Below, in pieces: positions 11,989-25,330 of a stretch of 64,000 nt of DNA. Source of the DNA: Utricularia gibba (lineage: Eukaryota > Plantae > Magnoliophyta); assembly GCA_002189035.1 (NCBI GenBank), contig NEEC01000030.1, forward strand, positions 124,001-188,000. The letters are read 5' to 3'. The number at the start of each line of letters is the position of its first letter. The first letter of the stretch is position 1. The notes below the pieces were generated by a model that saw only the letters and a program-made list of their open reading frames with translations, had not been told where the DNA came from and did not search any database. Both the position numbers and the translations under genes were made by a program.

Positions 11989-14472
11989 CTAATGCACATT
12001 AAATTTAGCAACTCGACATCTCTTCTGGCTCAAGAATCCCAAGCTCTTTTGCATATGCCAAGGCAAGGGTGCTTCTAGCTCGATATTGGGTACCTGTGTG
12101 TCACCCGAATCATCTCCATTTTTCAGAGCTTGGGATATATCGGGTATACTCATCTCCTTGCAGTGAAGGTGGAGAAGGACTTCTCCATCACAAATGCACC
12201 CTGCTTCAGCATTCGAGATTCTACCATGCTTTCCATATTCTGAAGCAGGGCTCAAGCCGATCGCCTTGTGCACCTTCCATCCGTACTTGTAATCCCCGAC
12301 GATCGGAGTTCCCAACACCTCCGCACAATGAACTCGAAGCTGGGTTTCAGGTAAAAGGTCTAGCTGTTTCTTTGTATGATTATTCTAGTTCGCGGAAAGA
12401 AGAGGGGCAACCACCGTACCTGATGCTTTCTTCCAGTAAGAGGTGATAGTTCTAACAACGTGTAATCTGCAACGCGCACCCCCTCCATCAAAATACTATT
12501 GCAGATATCGGATTCATGAACAAAGTTTACGAAAAGAGGAACCTACCACTCGAAAAGGAATCCAAGATCCGATATTTTGTCACCGCATGTTGCGCTGATG
12601 GTGGCTGGTGACTAGTGGTAACTGTGATCCTATCAGATTTTCCATTATCAACCACCACCTTAGACCAAGGGACATAATTAACCAAGAGATTACAATAGAT
12701 GCAGTGTGCCATGAAAAAAATAATGATACAATGAAGACTCTCCTGAAGAGGAATGACTAACCACCTTCATCAGTGGAACAGAAATGAGTCCTTCTTGACG
12801 TCTTGGAGAGCCAATCACAAGAGCCCAGTACTTCTTCTGCAGTGTTCTCTCGTCGCCAACAACCTGCAGGGGCATGACTGTGATCTCAAGAATACATTGG
12901 ATCACATGGGAGAAAGACTAAGAGACACTGACAGATTAGCATACATATTACATTATCCATATCAAAAGAAAAACACACATTACACGAAGCTCCATGAGTT
13001 TTCTCACGAAAGATAGAATGAAGAATTGTAGCACTCAGCGTGGTCCTTCCCATCACAAGTATGCCACTGCTGTCTCTATCAAGTCTGTGAACCTGCCGGT
13101 GTGCACGCATCAAAGGAAAGTTGAAAGAATCACGAAACATACGAGATCGGCAACATACGAAACTCCAGATTCATTGTAAGAAAGGTTAAATATTACATTA
13201 TACCGACAATGTTAGAGAGACTGGAAGTCAAGAAGCTCACCAGCCGAGGATACTCTCTAAAATCATATCTTAAATACTTGGCAGCCAATTCATCTAAACT
13301 TCTCCTTATCCCTAAACCACCCTAAAACAAGCCTCTTCTTCGATTAAAGTGAGTTGAAAGTTGCAACACGCTTCTAGCATTAACACCAAATGAATGAAAA
13401 TATACCTGAACAGGCAATCCAGGGGGTTTATTGACTGCAATTATATGTGGATCCTACATTTTGCGACTTGGGAATTAGGAATCCCGTTAATTCATGCCTA
13501 AAGAGACCAGCATCATTGAAGAGAAACAGTATATCCAACTATCGATACCTTATGCAACACAAGACCGCGGACAAATCTAGATTCCTCTTCGTCAAAGAAG
13601 CTTTGCTTCGTACTCGCTTTTCTAGAAGACGTCTCCAAAACTGATCTAGGCAGAAATATGATATCCCCAGGTTTCATTACATCAGTAGCTCCCACCTAGG
13701 GGAACATCATGTAGAGCTCATATCAGAAGCAGGATGAAAAAGAAATCATCAGAAAAATTATATTCACCCTTTTTGGCTGCACATCTTCACTACACTCGGT
13801 GGACTTTTTTCGAATCTGGAACACATGAAATCAACATAAAAAAAATATACCATCCATCATGTTAAATGATCAGCTCCTTAAGTCACATTAGTTTGCACCA
13901 GACATTCAGTGATAAGAACCAGAAATCAATTAAGAATCTACCTTTTTGAATTACGAGGCTACATTACAAGACACCAAGTAATCTAGAATGTGTTTTCCGA
14001 TTCAAATTATACATTCCACTTCTCATTTATAAATAACTTTAACACGTAAAATTACATTTTAAATTTTACTATCGGAAGATAAATCCAAAAAAAAAAAGAA
14101 ACTCGGTACTTCTGCTCAAGAAGACGCTGTTACACAATAACTTACCCGCCTCAGACGAAATAACTTCTGAACGAGAGACCGGGGGAGCTGGGGGTAGCAT
14201 GTGAGGACCCATTTAAGGGTCTTCATGTTCGCCCTAGGAGAGTGGCTGCACAGCTTTTTACCGATTGAAGAACCGTCGGCGGCCGTCGAAAAAGCAGGCA
14301 ATACCATCCAATTACAGCTATAATGTTGCTTCTCTTTTTCCCTGCTCACATCGATGGTTTCAAGGGCGCAGAGATCGGAGTAACGTTTCTGTTCGTGAAG
14401 CAATCTTCTCGAGTTTCCCTTCTCTACGGCAGCGCTGGCGGCGGCTCTAGCCACCCATTGACGGAAAAGCAT
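11989..14472 (-). CDS. RNA pseudouridine synthase, RluA family, probably organelle (mitochondrion) targeted; 10 exons, 457 aa
   Basis: Exons 14472-14146, 13815-13768, 13695-13549, 13453-13406, 13321-13241, 13092-12979, 12863-12765, 12658-12547, 12466-12420, 12339-11989; all GT-AG; total 1374 nt with no internal stop. Motifs [23 protein letters not shown] (catalytic Asp), [25 protein letters not shown]. Resembles Arabidopsis At3g19440 as recalled. Confidence 0.96.
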
Positions 14473-14639
14473 TTCTCGTAGAAAGTAGAGGAAAGTAACC
14501 ACTATAATTTATCACTGCTAGCTAGAACGAGTTTGATGCCCTAGTTTTCCTTTTTGGTTTCCTCTAAAAGGAACAACACTATTTTATTCCTAAGATTAAT
14601 CTTCGTTTAATATAATAAATGCGAAAATTAGAAGATTAG

Positions 14640-15085
14640 GCAAAGAAGCCATGGCACATACATATCTGGCCTTGTACTCGTGGAAGAGTTCCTCCTGTTG
14701 CTTCCCGAGCAATGAAACCCATCTCCTAGTTGATTGCAATAGGAAATTCCAAGAAGCACAACGTTACATCATACCATTCGTGTTATCTATAGCCTTGCCC
14801 CCATTGCATCCAATGGCCATTGCGGCTCCATTGCAAAATATAGATCATCTAGTGGTAAACACGATCAAAGTGATTGAAAAAAAATATGACAGATTGCCGC
14901 TATGGGAGGAAGAAGGATTATATGAAAGAACTCATTCCTTCATTAAAAGAATACAACAAAACTACGTATAATTCTATTTCTAAAATAAAGTTGTATATTT
15001 TCTAGTAATAATAATGTATACAAAATTGTAATTTTAATCTTAATCATGGGTTACCTCTTTGAACATGCCCCTCAAACTGCATAGG
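14640..15085 (-). mobile_element. Degenerate copia-like LTR remnant (family E) just upstream of the pseudouridine synthase gene
   Basis: Collinear with 27240-27289 + 28793-29200; both end in ACATGCCCCTCAA, the reverse complement of a polypurine tract followed by TGTT. ORF 14651-14971 is not credible as a gene. Confidence 0.6.
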
Positions 15086-16445
15086 AGATTATCGTTGGGT
15101 TATCATATCGAACCAATGAACACATATACCCATGCTTGCTTGTGCATATTTATTTAATTTTATCGAGTGAGAAATTTATTTACAAATGAGAAAAATTGCT
15201 AGATTAGTATTAAAAAAAATTTGTAATATCATCAATTTGTTTATCGAACTAATACGATTGAAAGTGGTGGTGGTGTCCTTACTTGCCAAAAGATATGTAC
15301 TTTAATTTCAGTTACATAGATCCTAACTTCAAATTGGCTATGCATATTTCATGTTGTTGAGTATTTGGATATTCTTAACGCTGTACATAATCGAGAATCT
15401 CATTCTAGAGATTTGATTCCTTTAAATATTAGTTCAACTCTATTTTCTTTATTTTTTTTCATTTATTTCAACTTCAATTGAAGTATGAGAAATAATAAGA
15501 GCAACAATTGAGAAAAGATGGTTGAAATGATTTCTTAAGTAAATGCTAATTTTTTGTGAGAACTATGATATTGATGTTTCAAAAATAGATGATATTTATA
15601 TTTTTCTTGAAGAACGTGCACACCACCAACAAGATCATTTTACAAATGAAAGGTATTATCAAGTTGATATACTTTTAATTATTATTGATGCACAGCTTAA
15701 TGGTAATTCTGTAAGTGAAAAGAAATTGTCGAAGTAGTAAAATAAGATCATATCTACAAAAAATTGTTCTTGGAATTTTATTTTCAAACAAATATTCAAA
15801 AAGATTGAAAACCAAAAATAAGTGGTGTTTTAAAAACAACATGAAAATGACTTTGAATTTAAGATCCACCTTGCTCAAAACTCATCCATAACTATATATG
15901 TAAACCTTGAGGATTGACATGATTGCATAAGTTATGGGGTCTTATTCTAAAATAGTACTACTTGATGACCATTATACTACCATCTCTCATTTAATGAGAT
16001 TATAGAATCAACCATATCACCAAAGTCTTTCACTCCTTGTGATAACCCGTGTTTTCCTCATACTTAAATCTAACCTCTACACCTCAAACCCGCAGACAGA
16101 TTAGATAGAATGTACCCTACCAACAATATCCAATTGAACCCTTCTCTTTAGATGCTTGAGGCCGATTCGAAATTCTCCCACATTTCCTTGAGGTTATGTG
16201 GTAATAAAGAGCACATTGGTAAAGAAAACATTGCGAACAATAGAATCAAACATTAAATTAAATGTCAAAAAACATAATAAATCAGTTACATGCATACAAC
16301 TTGGACAATTAACACTTCACCGCAAATCCTTAGCCACAAGCACCTACACGCACACGCTTGAATCTAACATGAAAATAAACATGAAAATAGAAAAAATTCA
16401 AAGAAAAAGTGATCAAAAGACATGTCTAATGGTTGAGAAAGTGGG

Positions 16446-16962
16446 TGATGAGGGATAAAGTCGGCTGAGGTTAATCGGATTCTGAAAAGCTGCAAAAAGG
16501 GACTCTGAGGGGATAATGCCAACCGACATACCGATATCTGTCAGAAATCTGACAGGTATAGCCATATAACGCAGTTTGAAAAGCGGCTGAATTACGGCAT
16601 AACAGGCGGCCGATATCTAAAAAGCGAAATCGTATAGCATATGCAGAAAGCAACTGACATTTGCAGATGTCAGGATTCTGTCAGGTTGAGCCCTTCTATA
16701 AATAGAAGGAACTATGACAAAGAGGGGGATTTTTCTTCAACTTGTATTCTCTTCTTCACCTTCTCCGTCGAGTGAAAACCTTTTCCGGCGAGCTCCGGTA
16801 GCTCCGTGGTTTTTCCGCTTTTCGGCGGTTTCCACGTAAAAATCTTTGCTCATTTTTATTTCAATTGAACCAACCGTGAAAAACACAACTAAGTGCGACA
16901 TTCCCGATGGCACCTGCCACCTTAAATCAGCCTCCCACCGGATACCGATTTTACTCGTAACA
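16446..16962 (+). repeat. Retand 5' LTR (517 bp)
   Basis: TGATGAGG...CGTAACA; internal TATAAATA; about 20 substitutions and 2 indels versus the 3' LTR (by-eye count). Confidence 0.96.
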
Positions 16963-16966
16963 TTTT

Positions 16967-16984
16967 TGGCGCCCACCATGGGGC
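16967..16984 (+). promoter_or_regulatory. Primer-binding site complementary to the tRNA-Lys 3' end
   Basis: TGGCGCCCACCATGGGGC 4 nt after the LTR; one mismatch to the recalled TGGCGCCCACCGTGGGGC. Confidence 0.85.
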
Positions 16985-17040
16985 TGCGTTCTACAGCCCC
17001 ACTTGAGAAACCCACAGGAGCCACTTGTTAATCACGGATC

Positions 17041-18449
17041 ATGGTGGAAAATAGCACAGCCACCGACCCGGCTCAGGACGGAAGCACCGACGCGCGAGAC
17101 CTCAGCCTTATGATCACCAGCAGGGAGCAACTGAAGGCCCTGCTAACGGAAATCCTCGCCGACCTCCGGGCACCTTCAGGTCTCAACTCCAACGCCCACG
17201 AGAGAACACCCGAAACTGCACCACGAACGGAGAAGCAACCTCTTATTTCGGATTACTCCCCAGATACGGAAACTGCATTCGAAACTGAGGAGGAGATGCT
17301 GCGAAGAAAGAGCTGAAGAGAGAGTTAGACCAGATCCGCGAGAGGAGAAGACTTATCGACAACCGGAGATCGACGGGAAGAAGAGAGGATAGGGGTTTTT
17401 GGGACGTTTTCGATCAGAACGTATCCACCTGTAGAGGGGACGTTCTGGCCGACATCGCTTTAGCCTTGAAGAGTGGGGTTGAGGGAGCAGCTGGGACCAC
17501 AACGCTGCGTTTTGACCCCTTCTCGGACGATTTAATCAAGGAAGAACCCGAGAGAGGATTCAGGGTCCCAGACGGATTACCCATGTACGACGGGAAAGGG
17601 GATCCCATATCACAGATAACTGACTTCGATATGAGGATGTCCACGGTTCGACATTCAAAGGCCATGAAGTGTAAGCTGTTCGCTTGCTCGCTCCAGAAAG
17701 GAGCAAAGACTTGGTTCAAACAGTTAGAACCATGCAGCGTGGCATCTTATCGGGAGTTAGTGCTGCTTTTCACTACCTGATACGCTATCAACATCGAAGC
17801 TCCACCTTCAAAGGCAACATTATACTCTGTTCGGTATGACCACCGAAAAGAGAGCTTGAGAAGGTTCATCGACCGATTTAACTGCCAAGCGCAAGACGTC
17901 CAGCTGGATTTAAAGGAGAGGGTGGAAATAATGAAACGGGCCTTAGGAACGTCGAAATTGGGACAAAGTCTATCAAAGTGTCTGCCAAAGAATCTCGGAG
18001 AATTGTTAAGGAAAATCATGAAGTACATCCGAGTTGATGACGACCTCAGGGCCGAGATGAAAAGCCACGTGGAGATCCATCCGAGCCCGCAGCAAGAGAC
18101 CCAACTTAACCGGGGGCCTAGGCCGAACAAGCGCTGTGAAATATATCAGGTGGAACCAACCAGAACAGATGCCTACTGCGAAATACACAAGACCAGCGGG
18201 CATGATACTACCAACTGCCGAGTAATGAAGAGAATGATCGAGCAATATCATGTTGGTGGAGGAATGAGCAATGTGATACGAAACCCCGCATCGATGACGG
18301 ACCGAAAAAGAGGACGCAACGAACGAATCGGGAATGAAGGTAACCGATATCTGAAGTTCCTCCCAAAACCAATGAGGGAAGACCTGAAAGCATGTAGGGA
18401 ACCGAATCCCGGAGGAGGACAAGACGTACCGGAAAGTTCACGGAATTAA
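17041..18449 (+). pseudogene. gag: Retand gag (in-frame stops near 17316 and 17780)
   Basis: LPMYDGKGDPISQITDF...CKLFACSLQKGAKTWF...FIDRFN retrotransposon gag domain; ends in a HxTxxC motif region. Confidence 0.9.
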
Positions 18450-18455
18450 CACCAA

Positions 18456-21400
18456 ATGCAAGGCAGTCCCCCCTACATTCGAGAAATCCATGTGATATCC
18501 AGAGGGACCGAAATGGATGTATCCGGAAAAGCGCGGAAGAGATATTTGGATGAAGCCAGAAGAGAAGAAGTCTTCGAGATCGGAAATGGTCCGACTGAGA
18601 AAACTGCTTGGGAAAAAGAAGAGATCAGCTTCTCCGACACAGACGTCCCAGTCGCCCCAGCTGCAAGAGATGAACCTTTGGTGGTATTGGGAATATGCGG
18701 GAGCACCAAGGTAAGAAGGATTCTTATTGATCAAGGATCCTCCTGCACCATCATGAAGAAGGAAGTAGCAGAGTTACTGGCATCATCAAACAAGGGAAAC
18801 ATCCGCCACGTGCGCATGGGGTTATACGCCTTCGATCAGCGAGCCGTGCAAACTATCGGGAAAATAACCCTGCTCGTAACATTCAGAGCGGCAGGGCAGA
18901 ACCGAACCAAGAGGTTGGAATTCTTGATCCTGGATTTAGAGGTCTCATACAACATCATCCTCGGGCGACCCGGCATCAATCAATTCGGTATGATACCCTC
19001 CACTGTGCATTTGAAAATTAAATTCCCGACATCGAGGGGTATTTGCACGATGGGCATCGACCAACCAGCCGCTCGGTCCTGTTATGTATCTTCCTGCCGA
19101 GACCCCTACGCAAAAAAGCCGAGAGTGATGATGGTAGAAAAGGAATCCCGAGAACCCCCTAGACAAGCAATGGAACCAGTAGGGTACAAGTCAGTGCAGC
19201 TAATACCAGAAGATGCGCAGAAAGCAACCCGCATTGGTGCCAATCTGGACATCGGATTTGAGAAGAGGTTAGTTGAACTTTTGATGAAGAACGCCGATAT
19301 TTTTGCCTGGACTGCTGCAGACTTTGTAGGCATTGATCGATCTGTCGCCGAGCATCACATTGATACCTACCCGGGGGCAAAACCAGTTCGGCAAAAGCAA
19401 CGGCATTTCTCAGAGGAAAAGTGCCGAATTATCAAAGAAAAAACAAGGGAACTCTTGGAAGCCGATTATGTGAAGGAGATCTAGTATTCCGAGTGGGTAT
19501 CCAACCCAGTCATCGTCCTGAAGCTCGGGGGAAAATGGAGGATGTGCATTGACTTCACCGACCTCAACACCTGCTACGAAAGGGACCCTTATCCTTTGCC
19601 AAATATTGACAACCTAGTAGACGCCATTGCCAGATCCCGACTCTTGAGCACCATGGATGCCTATTCGGGATACCACCAAATTTTCGTTGCCGAGAGAGAC
19701 CAACTGAAAACCACCTTCTACACCAAGGATGGGGTTTACTGTTATGTGGCCATGCCCTTCGGTTTAAAGAATGCTGGGGCGACTTATCAGAGATTGGTAA
19801 ATAAAATATTCTCTTCTGAAATCGGTACCTCGATGGAGGTATATGTGGACGATATGATCGTAAACTCTATGAATGAAGAAGACCACTTAGCGTATTTGGA
19901 TTCTTGTTTCTCTTTGTGCCGGTCATACGGGTTAAAACTCAACCCATTGAAATGTTGCTTTGGGGTACGAAGTGGAAAATTCCTGGGGCATTACGTATCA
20001 GAGAGAGGAATCGAGGCTGACCCCGAGAAGATTAATGCAATATGCGAAATGCAACCCTCAAGGACAATCAAGGAGTACCAGAGCCTCACGGGTAAATTGG
20101 CTACCCTCAGCCGTCGATCAGCCGATAAGTCGGCATCCTTCTTCAAGGTCTTGCGAAAGGGAAACGCTCAAGAATGGAACGAGGATTGCCGGCTTGCCTT
20201 TGAAAAACTCAAGGAATATCTCTCATCATCCCCACTTCTTGTGGCTCCGAGAGCAGGAGAGCCTTTAGGACTATATTTGTCTATATCGCCCGTTGCAGTC
20301 AGCGCAGTCTTGACAACCATCTCTGCAAATAAACACCTTCTGGTGTATTATGTGAGCAAGGTTCTGTTACCGGCCGAAACCCGTTATTCGGTGACGAAAA
20401 AATTCATCTTGGCTCTGAAGATGGCGGCCACAACGCTGAGGTCATATTTCCAAGGTCGGCACATCGTGGTATTCACCAATCAGCCTCTGAAGAATATCCT
20501 ATCTTGACTAGAGATTTCCGGAAGGGTTGCCAAATGGGCGGTCGAATTGAGTACAATGGATATTGAGTTTAAATCGAGAACAGCAATCAAGGCCCAACCT
20601 CTTGCCGATTTGGTGGTCGAAATGACCAGGCCTATAGACCGTTTTGAAGAAGCCAATGACCGATGGGCCATGCACGTTGATGGCTCGACGTACAACGGCG
20701 CTAGAGGAGGAATAGACATCCGAACCCAGGACGGGGAACACATTTATATCATGGTGAAATTCTTATTCCCAGCCTTCAATAATGTGGCCAAGTATGAAGC
20801 CTTGACTGAAGCAATGAAAATTGCCAAGGAACTAGGAGTGGTGGAGCTCGACGTCTACACTAATTCACGACTTCTGCAAGGACAGTTTTCGGGTGAATAC
20901 GAAACCCATGACCCCCTCATGGCTTTATACCATATTTAGGTAAAGGAGCTAGCGAAAACCTTCAAGGAATTCAACATGTCGCGCGTGGCACGCGAGGAGA
21001 ACGATCAGCAGATAGCCTCGCCCGATTTTTTGCAGGGTTTCATGAGCTGAGGGAAGGAAGTGTGACGATTTGGCTGCGGGATCAACCTTCAGTGACCTTG
21101 TGAGCCATGAATTATATTACCCAGCAACCAGGAAATGATATCTCTCCATAGCTGAGTCACCTCGATGATTGGACATCACCCTACGTCCGGTATCTACGAA
21201 ATGGAGAAACACCATCTGATAGATCCAAAGCCCGACACTTAGAGATTAGAGCAAAGAGATATACACTGGTAAATGGAATTCTCTATCGCAAATCCTTAGA
21301 TGGACCCTTCTTGAGGTGTATCGGGGCAAAGCATTCTCAAGAACTTATAACCGATCTGCATGAAGAGGAATGTGGCAGCCACGTCGGCATACGATCCTTA

Positions 21401-22371
21401 TGCAGGAAAGCCTTGAGAACCGGGTATTATTGGCCAACTATGGAGCGGGATATTACCGCCAATACCATGCGAGTACACCAAGAAAGCTGGTAAATAACCT
21501 GACCCCTCTTCCATTCTCATGCCCGTTCGATCGATGGGGAGTGGATATTATGGGGCCATTCCCCCAAACCTCGGGCCAAAGGAAATTTGTCATCGTGGGA
21601 GTCGAGTATTTCTCCAAATGGGTGGAGGCTGAAGCCGTGGCAAAAATATCAGAGGAGACCGTTATTCAATATCTGTGGAGAAATATCTTCATCCGGTTCG
21701 GAATCCCTCAAGAACTAGTGACCAATAATGGAACCCAATTCGCTGGAGGAAGAATGGAGGCATTCCTGGATAAATATACGGTCAAGCACAACTTCACCTC
21801 GGTGTATCACCCGCAGAGCAATGGTCTCACAGAGGTGACGAATCGAATGCTCAGGCTAGGAATGAAGACTAAGCTTGAAGATTTTGGAGGATCATGGGCA
21901 GATCGCTTGGATGAATTGCTGTGGTCATATCGCAGCACCCCTCGGACCACCACGGAAGAATCTCCGTTCTTATTGGTTTACGGGTCAGAAGCCGTATGCC
22001 CTATCGAGCTAACCCTAAAAAGCTACCGGGTGGAACATTATAATGAAGAAGAAAATGCTAACCTACGAAAACTAGAGTTGGAGCTGTTGGAAGAAAAACG
22101 GCAAAGCATCTATAGCCGACTAGGGGCTCATCAGAGGAGAACGGAAAAGAGATATAACAAGTCAGTGTCCCCAAGGGAATTCTCTAAGGGAGATTTGGTG
22201 CTCCGAAGCATTCAACCACAGAGACATGTTGGAAAATTTGATCGCAAGTGGGAAGGCCCTTATCGGATTTCAAGGGTAATCGGAAAAGGAGCGTATCATC
22301 TAGAACAATTAGACGGCGTGGAATTCTCAAGGTCGTGGAATGCATCACACCTAAGGAAATTCTATACCTAA
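18456..22371 (+). pseudogene. pol: Retand pol: protease, RT, RNase H, additional RNase H, integrase; disrupted
   Basis: RILIDQGSS (PR); MCIDFTDLN, DAYSGYHQI, YVDDM (RT); WAMHVDGS...NNVAKYEAL (aRH); WGVDIMGPF, VTNNGTQF, SNGLTEVTN and KWEGPYRI (INT). In-frame stops at 19484, 20507, 20939; frameshifts around 21000-21490. Confidence 0.95.
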
Positions 22372-22469
22372 CTGGCTCAATGTCAATCTCCACAGGATTG
22401 CGCAGAATTCGGTATTCTCTCCCTCAAAACACTCAAGCGCCTGTAAATTCCTCCAAAGTGGAGATGGGT

Positions 22470-22720
22470 AAACGAAACCATAAGCCCTGGTCGAGTCGCG
22501 TAAGCCCACGCAGACCCTGAAAGATCTAAACCACAAGCCCTGGCCAAGCAACGCAAACCCAGGCAAATCCCCTAAATCGGCACCCCCTACGGGATACGGC
22601 AAACCAACTCGGGATCTCCCCCGATATATATACATGTGATCTCCCAAAACCCAAGCATAAGTCGGTGACAAGAATAAGCCCTGGTTCCCGTAAACCGCAC
22701 GCGTAAGCCCTGAAAAGCCC
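22470..22720 (+). repeat. Degenerate tandem repeats with an AAGCCCTG core after pol
   Basis: AAGCCCTGG, AAGCCCAC, AGACCCTGA and AAGCCCTGA recur at least six times; such arrays are known from Tat/Retand 3' regions. Confidence 0.6.
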
Positions 22721-23227
22721 TTAAGTATTGACCTTATTGTCGAAATCTCGAGACGACAAGTGCACCCAAAGCAAATCCACCCATGTTCAAAACAATGGGG
22801 TTCGGCCAGAAGAGGGCCCTTCCGGATTGGGGAAGTCGCTCAACCTATGAGGGTTCCGACCTACTTCCTTAGCAGCGGTTCAGCACGCATGAAGAAATAC
22901 TAAGGCAAAAAAAATCAAAAAGCCCAACCAAAGGGTTGGCGAAAAGACACCCACCCTCGGATCACAAAAGCATAGGCGAACCTTCCAAGCCTAAACACGT
23001 GATAGACATAACAAACCAACTCGAGGCTTCCCCCGAAATGTGATATCATCAAAGGCAGAAATGATGCGCAAAAAATGGAGTAAATCAGAAGGAAATCCCG
23101 AACCGGGATATAAAAAATGTTCAAGAAGCCCCACAGTAGGAGGAAAATACACCAAGTTAAAAAAGTCACTAAAGTGCGGGAGGAGATGGGGGTTAATGGG
23201 AGGATTGGCAGAGGAACCGGTATGTCG

Positions 23228-25330
23228 CTACATCCTGGCTCTTAACTTGGCGTCATTCTCTCGCCCTATCCTCATCCGAATCAGCGCAATCAGCCGCTCC
23301 CGATCAGCTTCGAACCCGAACTCCAAGGCTTGGAAAGTATCCGCGATAACATCAAGCATGTTCTCATCCTTCGTCAAATGGGTTTACCCTGTCGAAGCGT
23401 GGATCCATGATTGAAAGCCCCAATTCCTGGCTGAACTGTCGCCTCTGACGGTATAGAAGTAAGGCGATTAAGTCTCCTGCATAGATATCGGAGAGTTTGG
23501 AAAAACAGGCCGAGTTGACAAAATCATTCAGAAGACCCTACCGAGATGCTTGTTGATGAAGCAATTCGGCCTCTAGTGCCGAGATGCGGTCCCTGGAATG
23601 CTCTAACTCCGCTTCAGCCACCTCAAATCGAACTTTGAAGTCTTCTCTCTCCGATTTAGCGTCGTCAACCGCCTTTCCCATTTCCTCGACCACATTCCGC
23701 AATTCTTCCTCCTGGTGGGTGCGTTTCCCTTGAACGGTCTTCGGCGAACTCCCCTCCTCCTCCAACAACTTTATCTGGGCATCTTGAGCTACATCGTGGG
23801 CTTGAAGCCGAGAGACTACTGCCGACTGAGAACCAATCTCTCTAACCACTCCCCATCCAAGAGTTAAAGCCTGAAGGAATATTGCCGAGTCAAGAACCGA
23901 CTACTTAGAATTTAGAAGAGAAAATGGGATGCGTACCTGCCAGATCCCTTCAAGTACCGTTTCCGGTCGAGCATCTGAGGTATTAGGCATAGCTCCATCC
24001 AGGATTCTCCTTAGTTCAGCTGGAACTGAAGGTGGGGGGAGCACCGGGTTATCCCTTACTTCCACAAGGATAGAATCCCTCTGTATCTCAACTGGGGGAG
24101 CCGATGTTGAAGCTCGAGCCGAAAAGAATCTCGCATCAGGAATGGAAGCATCATTGAGGTCGGGTGATGGAGGAATTTTCTCTTTCCCTTTTCCGGCTGA
24201 AGGACAGGGAGTCAACTCCCGAGTCTCAGAGACTTCTACTACTGGATCCTCTCCCGAGGAGAGATCGGTGGCGTCCTGCTGAGCTCCAAACGTATCAATC
24301 TGAAAGAAAAACCGAAAAAGATTATCAACGGGAATTCATGGTAACTGTTAGATAGAAGACAGACCTGTGCAGGGGAGAGATCGGGTTCCTACGCCCTCTG
24401 CATCTCGGCAGAGAACCGCGCCATCACTGAATCCTCCAGGGAGTTACTTCGAGCCATCTCTTTAGCTAAAAACGGAAGTAGGAAAAGTAATAAGGCATAA
24501 TGATGATTTTGAAACTCGGGAAAGCTAAGCCCAACTACCTCTTTGCCTCTTTGAGGGTTTGTGCGCGAGTGCTTTAACCCTCTTCTTTTTCTTGGGGCCT
24601 CGGTTTGAGCAGGTGGGGGATCGGGAATGAAGCCGAAACAAGAGGAAGTGACGGAGGGGGGCCAAGAGGAAAGTTTCTCGAATCGGCGCCATCGAAAGGA
24701 ATGATATCGGGCCAATGGGGATCTCGAGAACGACCGATAATACACAATCTTTTCAGGGATTCACCCGAAAACATCAAGGCACGAGACTCGTACCGGATTG
24801 AGCCTCGGCTAAGCCTCTCGTAAAGGACCTCACGGGATTCGGAAGAAGATCGATACGCGTCAAAGAGCTTAACTCTTAATGGGCTCGGAGGATCGATTGG
24901 GAAATTCCACCGAAAACCCGAAGGGGGTGCTACCCATAAAAAGGATGACCATCAATTGTGGTGGGTATCAGGGGCTTTAACAATCGTGGTGAGATCGGCC
25001 ATCCCATCGGAGACTTGGCTTTACGAACGGCTATCTTGAAGAGATGACAGAAGTCCGCCATACCGGCCGAATAGAAAAGGAAAGTAGTAAAGTAGAATAT
25101 GGAATTCGGGGCGAGACAGTAAATCGGGATTGCAAAGGTAAAGAGAAAACGGACTATTAAAGGATGAAGAGGGAAGTGTAAACCGCTTTCGAAATAGGCA
25201 AGCGGAATTGGGAGACTGAATGGAGGCAGGGGGTCCTCACCTACCCCCAAGGAATTTCAGTATCCTGAGCATGAGAAAGCTGTTACTCATCAGGGATCGA
25301 GTACCGAATGCGAAGGGAGGGGATGTTTAG
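23228..25330 (-). pseudogene. Antisense accessory gene of the Retand element (Transposase_28-like N-terminus, coiled-coil C-terminus), three introns
   Basis: LAYFESGLHFPLHPLIVRFL...LAPNSIFYF; introns 24538-24466, 24364-24300, 23936-23871; coiled-coil-like ORF 23538-23849; several stops and frameshifts. Confidence 0.82.

Noticed and set aside
15693-15702. TTAAT as TSD of the family D solo LTR (also at 26746-26750)
   Set aside because: It requires losing the LTR terminal bases and does not restore the hAT frame; left unresolved.
16198-16458. Similar ORFs at 16198-16458 (+) and 53301-53573 (-)
   Set aside because: Both lie in family D LTR copies on the A-rich antisense strand; low complexity, no recognisable domain.
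16737-17024. Matching minus-strand ORFs at 16737-17024, 26124-26378, 16471-16653 and 25793-26041
   Set aside because: They recur only because they lie in the two Retand LTRs; no domain similarity.
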